Assembly (NCBI GenBank): GCA_963555825.3
Contig: CAUVXB020000001.1
Span: 1,152,001 to 1,216,000, forward strand
DNA length: 64,000 nt
DNA from: Alphaproteobacteria bacterium
GTDB taxonomy: Bacteria > Pseudomonadota > Alphaproteobacteria > JAAXGF01
Reading direction: 5' to 3'
The stretch's first letter is position 1, and each line of letters begins with the position of its first letter. Below are positions 47,974-56,825 of this stretch, piece after piece. The notes under the pieces were generated by a model that did not search any database, was not told the DNA's origin, and saw only the letters and a list, made by a program, of their open reading frames with translations. Both the position numbers and the translations under genes were made by a program.

Positions 47974-48513
47974 TCAATCGGGTTCGGCGCGCCGTACCAG
48001 ACGACGGATTTCCTTCTCCACCAGCTTTTCGACGAGAACCGGCAGGTTGGTGTCGAGCCAATCGCGCAGCATCGGCTTGAGGCTCTCCATCACCATGTCC
48101 TCGATCGTCCGCCCCTGGTCGCCGATCGCCGGCGATTCCAGCTTCGGCTCGGCCGCCTCGGCCGCGCGGTTGAGCTCGGAAAGCGCCTTGACCGAAGCGT
48201 TGGCGGCGTCGCCACCGACCAGCGGACCCTCATCGGCCGGCGGGGATTCCTTGGGTTTGTCTGCGCCCGTCACTTTGGGCGTCGCCTTGTCGTCGTCGGG
48301 TTGCACGGGTTCCTCGCTGATATCGACTGTCGTCCCGTCTTCGCGGACCATCTGGGTGAGTTCGAGCACTTCGCCGTCGGCATCGCTGTCGCCGCCATCG
48401 GCCTGCTTCTCGGTTTCGGGCGCCACGGGCTCGTTGTCCTCTGAAATTATACGCCGTATGGAACTCAGAATCTCCTCCATCGACGGGTCTTGCTGGGTCT
48501 TGTCGTCGCTCAT
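47974..48513 (-). CDS. popZ: Polar organizing protein PopZ (DUF2497)
   Basis: DPSMEEILSSIRRII N-helix, acidic/Pro linker, LKPMLRDWLDTNLP.LVE..V..EI C-helix; tolC-popZ-valS synteny. Confidence 0.92.
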   Translation of the reverse strand: MSDDKTQQDPSMEEILSSIRRIISEDNEPVAPETEKQADGGDSDADGEVLELTQMVREDGTTVDISEEPVQPDDDKATPKVTGADKPKESPPADEGPLVGGDAANASVKALSELNRAAEAAEPKLESPAIGDQGRTIEDMVMESLKPMLRDWLDTNLPVLVEKLVEKEIRRLVRRAEPD

Positions 48514-48595
48514 AATCGTCTCATTCCGCCAGATAAGGAGCCACACTAAGACAAACGGTGAACGATTGCCAGCACTCCATCGGCCGACCGCGCCG

Positions 48596-48861
48596 AATGG
48601 ATAGAATTCAACATATGGCGCCCATACGATCCCATATCCCGGTTTCTCGGCAGGCGAGCGCCCGCCGGCGATGCCTTTGCATCGGCAAGGGTGTTCGACG
48701 CCCCGAGAAGCCGGGATATGGGACCCGAAGGGCGGCGTCCCAAGGCCGCCGGACGCGTTGCCCGATGCTTGTGATGCTCCAGCATCACCGCACATCGCGC
48801 GCCTTTCCGGACGACCTTGGGACGCCGTCGTATGGCTGCCCTATGTTGGGTTCTATCCATT
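48596..48861. mobile_element. MITE-like cruciform element, family B, copy 2
   Basis: Imperfect 34-bp TIR AATGGATAGAATTCAACATATGGCGCCCATACGA / TCGTATGGCTGCCCTATGTTGGGTTCTATCCATT; same central GACCCGAAGGGCGGC as 12894-12908. Confidence 0.78.
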
Positions 48862-50227
48862 AATCGTTTGGCATCGTGCCCCAGAGCTGGTTGCGCACCG
48901 CGTCATAGTGCAGCGACGGGTCGTAGATTTGCACGGGCAGGCCAAGCGATTGCGCGGTCAGACGCCCGATCGCCGCGCGCAGGCCAAACACCGCGACGAC
49001 CTCGTCGCGACGTGCCCGCACCAAGTCGACTTTGACGTCGAACAGCTCCTGCTCGGCATCGAGCACGTCGAGCGTCGTGCGTGAGCCGACCTCGGCCTCC
49101 TGCTCCACGCCCTCGAGCGCGATCTCGGCGGCGCGCACCGATTCGCTGTACGCCACAATTCTGGCGCGTGAGGTACGCAGCGCCTCCCACCACTGGGTGA
49201 CGTTCTCGAGCACCGCACGCCGGCTTTCCTCGACCTCGACGCGGCGCTGCGAGACACGCTCGCGCGCCTCGCGAACCTTGGAATAGACCGAGCCCGACTG
49301 ATAGAGCGGCACGGTCACGCGCGCCAGAATCTTAGCCTGCTCGTTGACGCTGCCCCTGCTCGCCTGGTCGTCGGCGCGGCTCAGCTCGGCATCGACGTTG
49401 ACCTCGGGCAGGAGACCGCCGGTGACGACGTCGACCTCCTCTTGCGCGGCCCGTTCGGCTTCGGCGGCGCGCCGGATCGACGGGTGCTCGGCGATCGCGA
49501 TATTGCGCGCGTCGGCCTCGGCGGCCGGCAAGCCACCGACCAGGGGCGGCGGCGCAAGCCGGACCGGCATCGCGCCGATGACGTTCTGGAACGCGGCGCG
49601 GGCGACGATCAGGTTGCCTTGGACGCTGATCCGGTCGGCGGCCGCATTGGAGAGCCGCGATTCGGCCTGGGCAACGTCGGTGCGCGTCACCTCGCCGACC
49701 TCGAAGCGGTCCCGCGCCGCCTCGAGTTGGCGCTCCAGGCGCGCCTCGTTGTTAAGCGCGAGGTCAAGTACCGCGCGGCCGCGCATGACGTCCATATAGG
49801 CGGTGACGGCGTCGAGAAATACCTGCTGTTCGATCTCGGCGAGGCGCGCACGGTCGGCCAGCACGAGATGCTCGGCCTGCGCCGTCGAGGCGACCGTCCG
49901 GCCGCCCCGGTAGACCGGCTGGGTGAGCGTAAGCGAATAGGTTTCGGGCGTCCGCGTCTCGTCGGAGGTGAAGAAGCCCGACGACGAATCGACGCTGTTC
50001 TTGCCGATCGATGCCGACGCCGACAAGACCGGTCGCCACCCCGAGACGGCCTGGGAGACGCCCTCGTCCGTCGCCCGCAACGCGGCCCGCTGCGCGAGCA
50101 GCGTCGGGTTGCCCTGATAGGCGGCGACGAGCGCCTGCTCCATCGTCTGGGCAGTCGCCTCCGGCGCCGGAAGGACGAGCAGCAGGCAGCCGAAAACGCC
50201 GGCGATCAATCTGGAAGTACGGGGCAT
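48860..50227 (-). CDS. tolC: TolC family outer membrane protein
   Basis: Signal peptide; AYQGNPTL.AQRA, RFEVGEVTRTDVAQAESRL, GSRTTLDVLDAEQEL. Confidence 0.93.
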   Translation of the reverse strand: MPRTSRLIAGVFGCLLLVLPAPEATAQTMEQALVAAYQGNPTLLAQRAALRATDEGVSQAVSGWRPVLSASASIGKNSVDSSSGFFTSDETRTPETYSLTLTQPVYRGGRTVASTAQAEHLVLADRARLAEIEQQVFLDAVTAYMDVMRGRAVLDLALNNEARLERQLEAARDRFEVGEVTRTDVAQAESRLSNAAADRISVQGNLIVARAAFQNVIGAMPVRLAPPPLVGGLPAAEADARNIAIAEHPSIRRAAEAERAAQEEVDVVTGGLLPEVNVDAELSRADDQASRGSVNEQAKILARVTVPLYQSGSVYSKVREARERVSQRRVEVEESRRAVLENVTQWWEALRTSRARIVAYSESVRAAEIALEGVEQEAEVGSRTTLDVLDAEQELFDVKVDLVRARRDEVVAVFGLRAAIGRLTAQSLGLPVQIYDPSLHYDAVRNQLWGTMPND

Positions 50228-50245
50228 GATTACGTGCCGCGTCGG

Positions 50246-50902
50246 CTAAAAGACGAAACCATGCTCGGCCGCGAAGCCGGGCAGGATCGGCACGGCGGCG
50301 TCGAACAACTGGCGCCGCGACAGCCCGCCGCGCAACCGGTGGATTACTTCGATGTTGCCGACCGTCGGCGCGACGTTGACGACGGCGACCAGGCGACCGC
50401 CCTCGACCAACTGGTCGGCGATCGCGTCGGGCACCGCGTCGACCGAGCCACCGAGCACAATCACGTCGTAGGGCGCCTGGCGCGGATAGCCTTCGTCGAG
50501 CGGCCCTTCGACGACGGCGGCGTTGTCGACGTCGAGTTCGGTGAGCGCCTCGATCGCCTGCTCGGCGAGGGCGGCGTCGCTTTCCAGCGCAACCACCGTG
50601 CCGGCCAGCTTGCCCAGTACCGCGGCCGAATAGCCGGTGCCGCAGCCGATATCGAGCACCACGTCGCCGGGCCCGATCGCGGCCGCCTGCAGCAGGCGCG
50701 CGAAAACCACCGGCTCCATCAGATAGCGCCCGTCGCCCAACGCGAGATCTTGGTCGACGTAGGCGTTTCCTTGCAGCCGCTTGGGCACGAAGCGTTCGCG
50801 CGGCACCTCGGCGATGGCCGCGAGCAGGCGTTCGTCGGTCACCCTGTTCGGGCGAATCTGGTTTTCGACCATGTTGAGCCGGGCGGTGGCGTAATTGGGC
50901 AT
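50246..50902 (-). CDS. Protein-L-isoaspartate O-methyltransferase family protein (second paralogue)
   Basis: ARLNMVENQIRP, VPRERFVP, LDIGCGTGYS, PYDVI; conserved upstream of tolC. Confidence 0.9.
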   Translation of the reverse strand: MPNYATARLNMVENQIRPNRVTDERLLAAIAEVPRERFVPKRLQGNAYVDQDLALGDGRYLMEPVVFARLLQAAAIGPGDVVLDIGCGTGYSAAVLGKLAGTVVALESDAALAEQAIEALTELDVDNAAVVEGPLDEGYPRQAPYDVIVLGGSVDAVPDAIADQLVEGGRLVAVVNVAPTVGNIEVIHRLRGGLSRRQLFDAAVPILPGFAAEHGFVF

Positions 50903-51026
50903 TCTCGACCGTCGGGTTGGCGTGTCTTGGTGGGACGCCGGAAAACTTCGGAACCCCGCCGATATATACGTTGCCCCGCGACGGATGACAACGACGGAGG
51001 CGATCGGCCGACATCGAGAGACGCCG

Positions 51027-51057
51027 CTTGACCCGCCCGATCCGGCAATCCTATATA
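51027..51057 (+). promoter_or_regulatory. Putative promoter of tRNA-Cys
   Basis: CTTGACC...CCTATATA (-35/-10-like) ~50 bp upstream of the tRNA. Confidence 0.55.
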
Positions 51058-51106
51058 CGCCGGTCAACCCGCGGCGGCGCGCGCGACGCGTCGCCGCCGG
51101 TTCGGC

Positions 51107-51180
51107 GGCCCGGTGGCTGAGTGGCTAAGCAGCGGACTGCAAATCCGTGCACGCCGGTTCGATTCCGGCCCGGGCCTCCA
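51107..51180 (+). tRNA. tRNA-Cys(GCA)
   Basis: Acceptor GGCCCGG/CCGGGCC, anticodon arm GCGGA-CTGCAAA-TCCGT, T-loop GTTCGATTC, discriminator U, encoded CCA; 74 nt. Confidence 0.96.
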
Positions 51181-51210
51181 TTCCACCGCAACACCGGTTC
51201 GCCACTTTCG

Positions 51211-52158
51211 ATGTCACGCCAGGCGACAAAGACGCGATCGGAAACGTCGGTCAAGTTGATCGCGGCCGGCGACATCGCGAACCTGTTCGGCATCGCCGTC
51301 CTTGGCGCGATCTCGTGGATTCTGCCCGAGCAGCGCTGGTTGGGCTTCTGCCGCGCGGTCGGACGCTTCAACCTGCCGATGATGACGTCGGACACCGAGG
51401 CGACACTGGACGCGATCGGCGCGGCGCTCGGTGAGCGCGACATCGGCGCGACGCCTGCGGCGATCGCCGAGCAGGCCGCGGCCGAGGAACTGCTCGGCAC
51501 GCTTCAGCTGTTGCGCGATTACCGTCCCGGCGGCTGGCGGTCCGAGACGCGCGTCGAGGGCGCCGAACACATCGATACCGCGTTGGCCCAAGGCCACGGC
51601 GCAATCCTGTGGGTCGGCCAGTTCGTCCACGGCAAGCTCGGCGCCAAGGTCGCGTTGCACCGCGCCGGCTACGCCGTCAGCCATCTGAGCCACCTGCGCC
51701 ACGGCTTCTCGCCGACGCGTTTCGGTCGCCACGTGCTGAATGCCGTGCGCCGCGCGGTCGAGGACCGCTATCTCGGCGAGCGCGTGCTGCTCTCGGATCA
51801 GGGCGCGGGCCCCGCGCTGGCGGTGCTCAAGCGACGGCTCGCGGAGAACTGCGTGGTGTCGATCACCGTCGGCGCGCAGGCGGCCCGACCGGTGACGGCG
51901 CCGTTCCTGGCGGGCGAAATCGACGTCGCACCGGGCGCGCCGGTGCTCGCCCATGAGACATGCGCCGCGCTGCTCCCGGTCTTTCCGCTGCGCGAGGCAT
52001 CGGGCCTTATCACGGCAGCCGTCGGCCCGCCGATTGTCATCGATGAATCCACCGATCGCGCGTCCGCCGTTGCGAAGGCCGTACACGACTACGCAACCCA
52101 GCTTGAATCCGTGGTTTCCGGCAACCCTGGCCAGTGGCTCGGTTGGTTCGACCTGTGA
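51211..52158 (+). CDS. Lysophospholipid/lipid A acyltransferase-like protein (LpxL-like, divergent)
   Basis: VEGAEHIDTALAQGHGAILW, PFLAG...APG...LA...A.LLPVF, PGQWLGW. Confidence 0.7.
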   Translation: MSRQATKTRSETSVKLIAAGDIANLFGIAVLGAISWILPEQRWLGFCRAVGRFNLPMMTSDTEATLDAIGAALGERDIGATPAAIAEQAAAEELLGTLQLLRDYRPGGWRSETRVEGAEHIDTALAQGHGAILWVGQFVHGKLGAKVALHRAGYAVSHLSHLRHGFSPTRFGRHVLNAVRRAVEDRYLGERVLLSDQGAGPALAVLKRRLAENCVVSITVGAQAARPVTAPFLAGEIDVAPGAPVLAHETCAALLPVFPLREASGLITAAVGPPIVIDESTDRASAVAKAVHDYATQLESVVSGNPGQWLGWFDL

Positions 52159-52162
52159 TCGT

Positions 52163-53155
52163 TCAACCGGCGTCGTCGGCCGCGGCGCGCTTGCGCCAGA
52201 AGGCGCGGCCCTCGATGTGCTGCCAGGCGAGCATGCCGGGCACGCTGACGATCAGCTCGCGGGCGCGGCTCGCCAGCGAGACGGCGAGCGCGAAGTCGGG
52301 CGGCATCCCGATCACCGCGCCGAGGATGACGTAAGCGCCTTCCTGCACGCCGAAGCCGTTCGGCACAAAGAAGGCGACACCGCGCAGCGAGCCGATCAGG
52401 CTCTTCAGCATGAGCGCTTCCCAGAGCGTCAGCGGGTGGCCCATGAAATAGGCGGCGAGCCAGATCTCGCCGACCAGCGCGATGCGCGAGCCGAGTCGGA
52501 TGAGCGACGACAGCTCGATCCGGCCGCGCCGGCGGTAGATTGCGCGGATGACCTCGTCGACCTCGACCGTATTGTTGACGGCGGCGTTCATCAACGGCGA
52601 GGTGAACCGGGTGGCGGCCGATTTGGCGAGCGAGCCGAGCGCGCCGGCCCGCTGCAGCACGACGAAAATCGCGACGCCCGCGCCGAGCAGCGCCGAGCCG
52701 GCGGCGACGCCGATGACCAGCGCATCGTCGGCCTTGAGCGAGACCAGCAGCGCGACACCGATGAAGCCCATCGCGACCAGCGAGATCGCCTGCACGGTGG
52801 TGTCGACGACGACCGACGCCGAGGCGTCGGCGCCGCGCACGCCGGAATGGGTCAGCACGCGCGCCTTGATGACCTCGCCGCCGAGCGTCGTCACCGGCAC
52901 CACGGTGGTCACCGCGCCGCCGATCCAGGCCGCGTTGAGCATGGCCGGGAAGCCGGGCTCGCGGCCGGCGACGAACAGCATGCGCCACGAAATCACTAGA
53001 ATGATCAAATACGACAGATAAACCAGCGGCAGCAGCAGCACGCCGACGCCCAGCTCGCCGAGCGCGGCGGCCACCGGGCCGACGCCCTGCCACGCGACGA
53101 GCCCGGTGATGCCGGCCAAGCCGAGCAGGAAACCGATGTAGGAAAGTGTCTTCAT
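52163..53155 (-). CDS. Lysylphosphatidylglycerol synthase TM/flippase-like membrane protein (HpnL-like)
   Basis: VPVTTLGGEVIKAR, FFVPNGFGVQEGAY, SLASRAREL. Confidence 0.78.
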   Translation of the reverse strand: MKTLSYIGFLLGLAGITGLVAWQGVGPVAAALGELGVGVLLLPLVYLSYLIILVISWRMLFVAGREPGFPAMLNAAWIGGAVTTVVPVTTLGGEVIKARVLTHSGVRGADASASVVVDTTVQAISLVAMGFIGVALLVSLKADDALVIGVAAGSALLGAGVAIFVVLQRAGALGSLAKSAATRFTSPLMNAAVNNTVEVDEVIRAIYRRRGRIELSSLIRLGSRIALVGEIWLAAYFMGHPLTLWEALMLKSLIGSLRGVAFFVPNGFGVQEGAYVILGAVIGMPPDFALAVSLASRARELIVSVPGMLAWQHIEGRAFWRKRAAADDAG

Positions 53156-53174
53156 CGAAATTCCCGGCGGCTGT

Positions 53175-54002
53175 CTAGGCGGTCTCTGCGGCGACGTAGA
53201 GGTAGCTGTTCTGGGCGGCGTGGGCCTCGTCGTAGAAGGCCAGCGCCTCGGGCGCGAAGTCGGCCGCGGGGGACGGCACCGGGACGAAGTGGCCGTAGCG
53301 GTCGGCGCCGCGCACCAGTGCCGCGTAGTCGCGCGCGCCGACCACCTGGCGAACATGCGGCGCGATATAGCGGACGGCGACGCCGACGCGCCGGCGGTCC
53401 GAAACGTTGGGCCCCGAGGCATGGAACATGCGGCCGTGGTGCAGCGACATCTGCCCCGGCGCCAGCACGACGTCGACCGCCTCGTCCTCGTCGACCTCGA
53501 CGGCGATCTCCTGACCGCGCGTCAGCATATTGTCGGCGTCGAAGGTGTCGCGGTGATCGACGATCTCGCGCCGGTGCGAGCCGGGCACGAAGCGCATCGC
53601 GCCGTTCTCGGTCGTCGCCGGCGTCAGCGCCAGCCAGGCGGTCACCTCGTCGATCGAATCGAGGCCCCAGTAAGTCAAATCCTGATGCCAGCTGATATAG
53701 CTCGCGCTGCCCGGCTCCTTGGTGAACAGGGTGCAGCCCCAGACCAAGAGATCGGGACCGAGGATCGTCTCGACCGCGTCGAGGATCGGCGCGAGACGCA
53801 TCAGCTCGTCAACCGCCGGCAACACGATGTGAACGTTGTTCTTGAGGTAGCGGTCGAGCGGCAAATGGGCGAAGGCGCGTTCGGCCGCCTCGATCCGGTC
53901 GAGATAGCCGGCCGCCGTGTCGGCCGCCAGGATGTCGAGCGGAAAGGCATAGCCATCGCGTTGGTAACCGGCGACGAAGTCGGCAGCGCTAGCCGCGTTC
54001 AT
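53175..54002 (-). CDS. Phytanoyl-CoA dioxygenase (PhyH) family protein
   Basis: YQRDGY, WHQDLTYW, ENGAMRFVPGSH, H.S.PN.S.RR. Confidence 0.92.
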   Translation of the reverse strand: MNAASAADFVAGYQRDGYAFPLDILAADTAAGYLDRIEAAERAFAHLPLDRYLKNNVHIVLPAVDELMRLAPILDAVETILGPDLLVWGCTLFTKEPGSASYISWHQDLTYWGLDSIDEVTAWLALTPATTENGAMRFVPGSHRREIVDHRDTFDADNMLTRGQEIAVEVDEDEAVDVVLAPGQMSLHHGRMFHASGPNVSDRRRVGVAVRYIAPHVRQVVGARDYAALVRGADRYGHFVPVPSPAADFAPEALAFYDEAHAAQNSYLYVAAETA

Positions 54003-54160
54003 TTCACCCTCCCTCGGGGTCTGACCGTCGATCGCGTTATAGCAAGCTCGGCACGTTCCATTCATCCGAAAACTTCGTTTGACGACAAGGAACGGAGCGA
54101 AAGGAACATGTCGCGCCCGTATCTTCAAGCGGACAACGATGCCAGATAAGGACTTTGCCG

Positions 54161-54640
54161 ATGACCACCCTCCGCTTCGAAGCCATGGCCACCGAAACCG
54201 TTCGCGCCCTGCAGAACGGATCGAACGACGCCAACGGCCAGCCGCCCGAGCGCCATGTCGCGGACCGCCCGGGCATGCCGTGCCGCCACTGCCTGGCCGA
54301 AATCGCCGTCGGCGAGCCGTTCATGATCTTAGCCCATCGCCCCTTTCCCGCGCCGCAGCCCTATGCCGAGGTCGGTCCGATCTTCCTGCACGCCGATGGT
54401 TGCGGCCGCTACGACGGGGCCGCGGGTGTCCCGCCGATGTTCCTGGGCTGGCAGGCGCTGCTGCTGCGCGGCTACGGCGACGACGACCGCATCGTCTATG
54501 GCACCGGCACGGTCGTGCCGGTCGCCGAGATTGCCGACGCATCGGCCGCGATCCTCGAGCGGCCCGACATCGCCTATGTCCACGTCCGCTCGTCGACCAA
54601 CAACTGCTTCCAGTGCCGCATCGAACGGGGTTCAGATTAG
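54161..54640 (+). CDS. DUF1203 family protein
   Basis: DANGQPPER, PCRHCL, PYAEVGPIFLHA, LRGY, YVHVRS..NNCFQC. Confidence 0.85.
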   Translation: MTTLRFEAMATETVRALQNGSNDANGQPPERHVADRPGMPCRHCLAEIAVGEPFMILAHRPFPAPQPYAEVGPIFLHADGCGRYDGAAGVPPMFLGWQALLLRGYGDDDRIVYGTGTVVPVAEIADASAAILERPDIAYVHVRSSTNNCFQCRIERGSD

Positions 54641-54704
54641 GACTGTCGTGAGATAAGCTCGGCGGCGACTCAACGTTGTATCCGCATCGCCGACGGACGA
54701 TTGA

Positions 54705-56111
54705 ATGCCAGGCAGTTCACGATTTTCGCCATCATCGGTCGACCAGGTAATCAAGACAGCGATTCTCGACGTCGATTTGGCGTCGTTGCCGCGCTGGAAG
54801 GCTTGGGCGTACGGTGCCCTGCGCATCGGCTATGTCGTGGTGCGCGACCTGGGTGATGGCATGCTGACGCTCAGGGCCATGAGCCTGGTCTACACGACGA
54901 TTCTTTCGATGGTGCCGATGCTCGCCATCAGCTTCTCGGTGCTCAAGGGCTTCGGCGTCCACAATCAGATCGAGCCGTTCCTGCGCAACGCGCTGGCGCC
55001 ATTGGGTGACAAGGGCCTCGAGATCAGCGCGCTGATCATCGAGTTCGTCGAGAACGTTCAGGTCGGCGTGCTCGGCCTCGTCGGCTTCATTCTGTTGTTC
55101 TACACCGTCGTCTCGCTGATGCAGAAAATCGAGCGGGCGTTCAACTTCACCTGGCACATCACCCAGTCGCGCAGCTTCGCGCAGCGCTTCCGCGACTATC
55201 TCAGCGTCGTCGTCGTCGGCCCCGTCCTGGTCTTCGCCTCGATCGGCATCACCGGTTCGTTGATGAGCAACTCGGTGGTCGAGGCGCTGTCGGCGATGTT
55301 CCTGGTCGGCAACGCCATCGAGATCGCCGGGCGGCTGGTGCCCTACGCGATGATCATCGGCGCCTTCACGTTCATCTACATCTTCATGCCAAACACCAAG
55401 GTGAAGTTCCGCTCGGCGCTGACCGGTGGCATTGTCGCCGGCGTGTTGTGGAACACCGCGGGCTGGGTCTTCGCCTCGTTCATTGTCGCCTCGACCAAGT
55501 ACACGGCGATATACTCAACCTTCGCGACGCTGATCATGTTCATGATCTGGTTGTATCTCGGCTGGCTCATCCTGCTGGTCGGCGCGTCGATCGCGTTCTA
55601 CGACCAGCACCCCGAGCACATCGGCGCGCAGCGCGGCAAGCTGAACATCTCGGGCCGGGTCAAGGAGAAGGTCGCCTTGATGACCGCCTATCTGATCAGC
55701 AATAGCTTCTACACCGGGCGGGCGGCGTGGACGGCGGAAGCCCTCAGCCAGCGGCTCGAGGCGCCGATGGAAGCGGTCGAGGCGGTGCTCGGCGCCTTCG
55801 AGGTCAGCGGCCTGGTGCGGCGCACCGCCGACGAACCGGCCACCTTCCTGCCCGCCCGGCCGCTCGATACGACGCCGATCAAGGACGTCATCGACGCCGT
55901 GCGCGCGGCCGACGAGAGCAGCTATCTCAACGCCGAGCGCCTGCCCCGCGAGGCGCCGGTCGACGCGTTGATTGAGACGCTCGAGCGCGCCGCCGACGCG
56001 GCGCTCGCGGGTCAAACGCTCAAGGATCTCGCGCTGGCGGCCGACGAGACCGACGTGCCCACCGATAGGGCGAGCCGCCCGGTCCCCTTGCAACACGGCA
56101 GCGGCGACTGA
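54705..56111 (+). CDS. YihY/BrkB family membrane protein with a C-terminal HTH-like extension
   Basis: RAMSLVYTTILSMVP, IERAFN, MPNTKV, IYSTFA..FMIWLY.GW.ILL.GA. Confidence 0.88.
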   Translation: MPGSSRFSPSSVDQVIKTAILDVDLASLPRWKAWAYGALRIGYVVVRDLGDGMLTLRAMSLVYTTILSMVPMLAISFSVLKGFGVHNQIEPFLRNALAPLGDKGLEISALIIEFVENVQVGVLGLVGFILLFYTVVSLMQKIERAFNFTWHITQSRSFAQRFRDYLSVVVVGPVLVFASIGITGSLMSNSVVEALSAMFLVGNAIEIAGRLVPYAMIIGAFTFIYIFMPNTKVKFRSALTGGIVAGVLWNTAGWVFASFIVASTKYTAIYSTFATLIMFMIWLYLGWLILLVGASIAFYDQHPEHIGAQRGKLNISGRVKEKVALMTAYLISNSFYTGRAAWTAEALSQRLEAPMEAVEAVLGAFEVSGLVRRTADEPATFLPARPLDTTPIKDVIDAVRAADESSYLNAERLPREAPVDALIETLERAADAALAGQTLKDLALAADETDVPTDRASRPVPLQHGSGD

Positions 56112-56249
56112 GCAACGCGCGCCGCGCGGCGCACGCGCGGCTCACGATCATGTCATGGCCTATTGAATTGAACAGACGCGGCGCCGGTCAAATATCGTGC
56201 TACGAGTCGGCGGCGATGTGCCGCGGGCCGACCGGTACAGGAGCATGAC

Positions 56250-56747
56250 ATGCATTTGAGAGACATTGGCACCCGAAGCGCGATGGGCGCCGCGGTGGTC
56301 GGCTTGACGGCGGCGTTCGCCGGCCCCGCGTCATCGGCCAAAGAACCAACCGTCATCGAGCTTACCCAGATCGCCTGCCAGTTCCTCGAATCCGAGAACG
56401 GTGTCGACCACGGCTTCACGACCAGCAAGAAGGCTGACTGCGAGGCGATCAACGGCGAGACCGGCGCCGAGCGCCTCGCCGAGGCCAAGGTGATCGAGCT
56501 CGAGCCCGGTACTTACGTCTTCCGCGTGACCAACCAGGACGTGCCCTACGAGCTCGGCTTCTGGCTGCGCGAGCACGACTACAACTGGAAGAACCCGCTG
56601 CACAAGCTAACCAAGACCAGCGTCTCGGGCGGCGGCCTCGCGCCGGGCACGACCAAGGACTACGAGGTCGTGTTGGAGCCCGGCGAGTATCTCTATTCCT
56701 GCCCGCTCAACACGACGCCCGACTACCGGCTGGTGGTCAAGGGTTAG
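56250..56747 (+). CDS. Exported cupredoxin-like protein
   Basis: Signal peptide; LEPGTYVFRVTN...LEPGEYLYSCPLNTTPDY; RBS AGGAG. Confidence 0.6.
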   Translation: MHLRDIGTRSAMGAAVVGLTAAFAGPASSAKEPTVIELTQIACQFLESENGVDHGFTTSKKADCEAINGETGAERLAEAKVIELEPGTYVFRVTNQDVPYELGFWLREHDYNWKNPLHKLTKTSVSGGGLAPGTTKDYEVVLEPGEYLYSCPLNTTPDYRLVVKG

Positions 56748-56825
56748 CCCGGCCGGCGTTGGCCGCGCCGCGAATTCGGTTATCATGGGCGCCGCGCAAC
56801 CAATCGACGGGAGGCGGCGGCCGTG

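Noticed and set aside
51107-56000. Genomic island integrated at tRNA-Cys
   Set aside because: No integrase, no repeat of the tRNA 3' end seen, and no obvious compositional shift.
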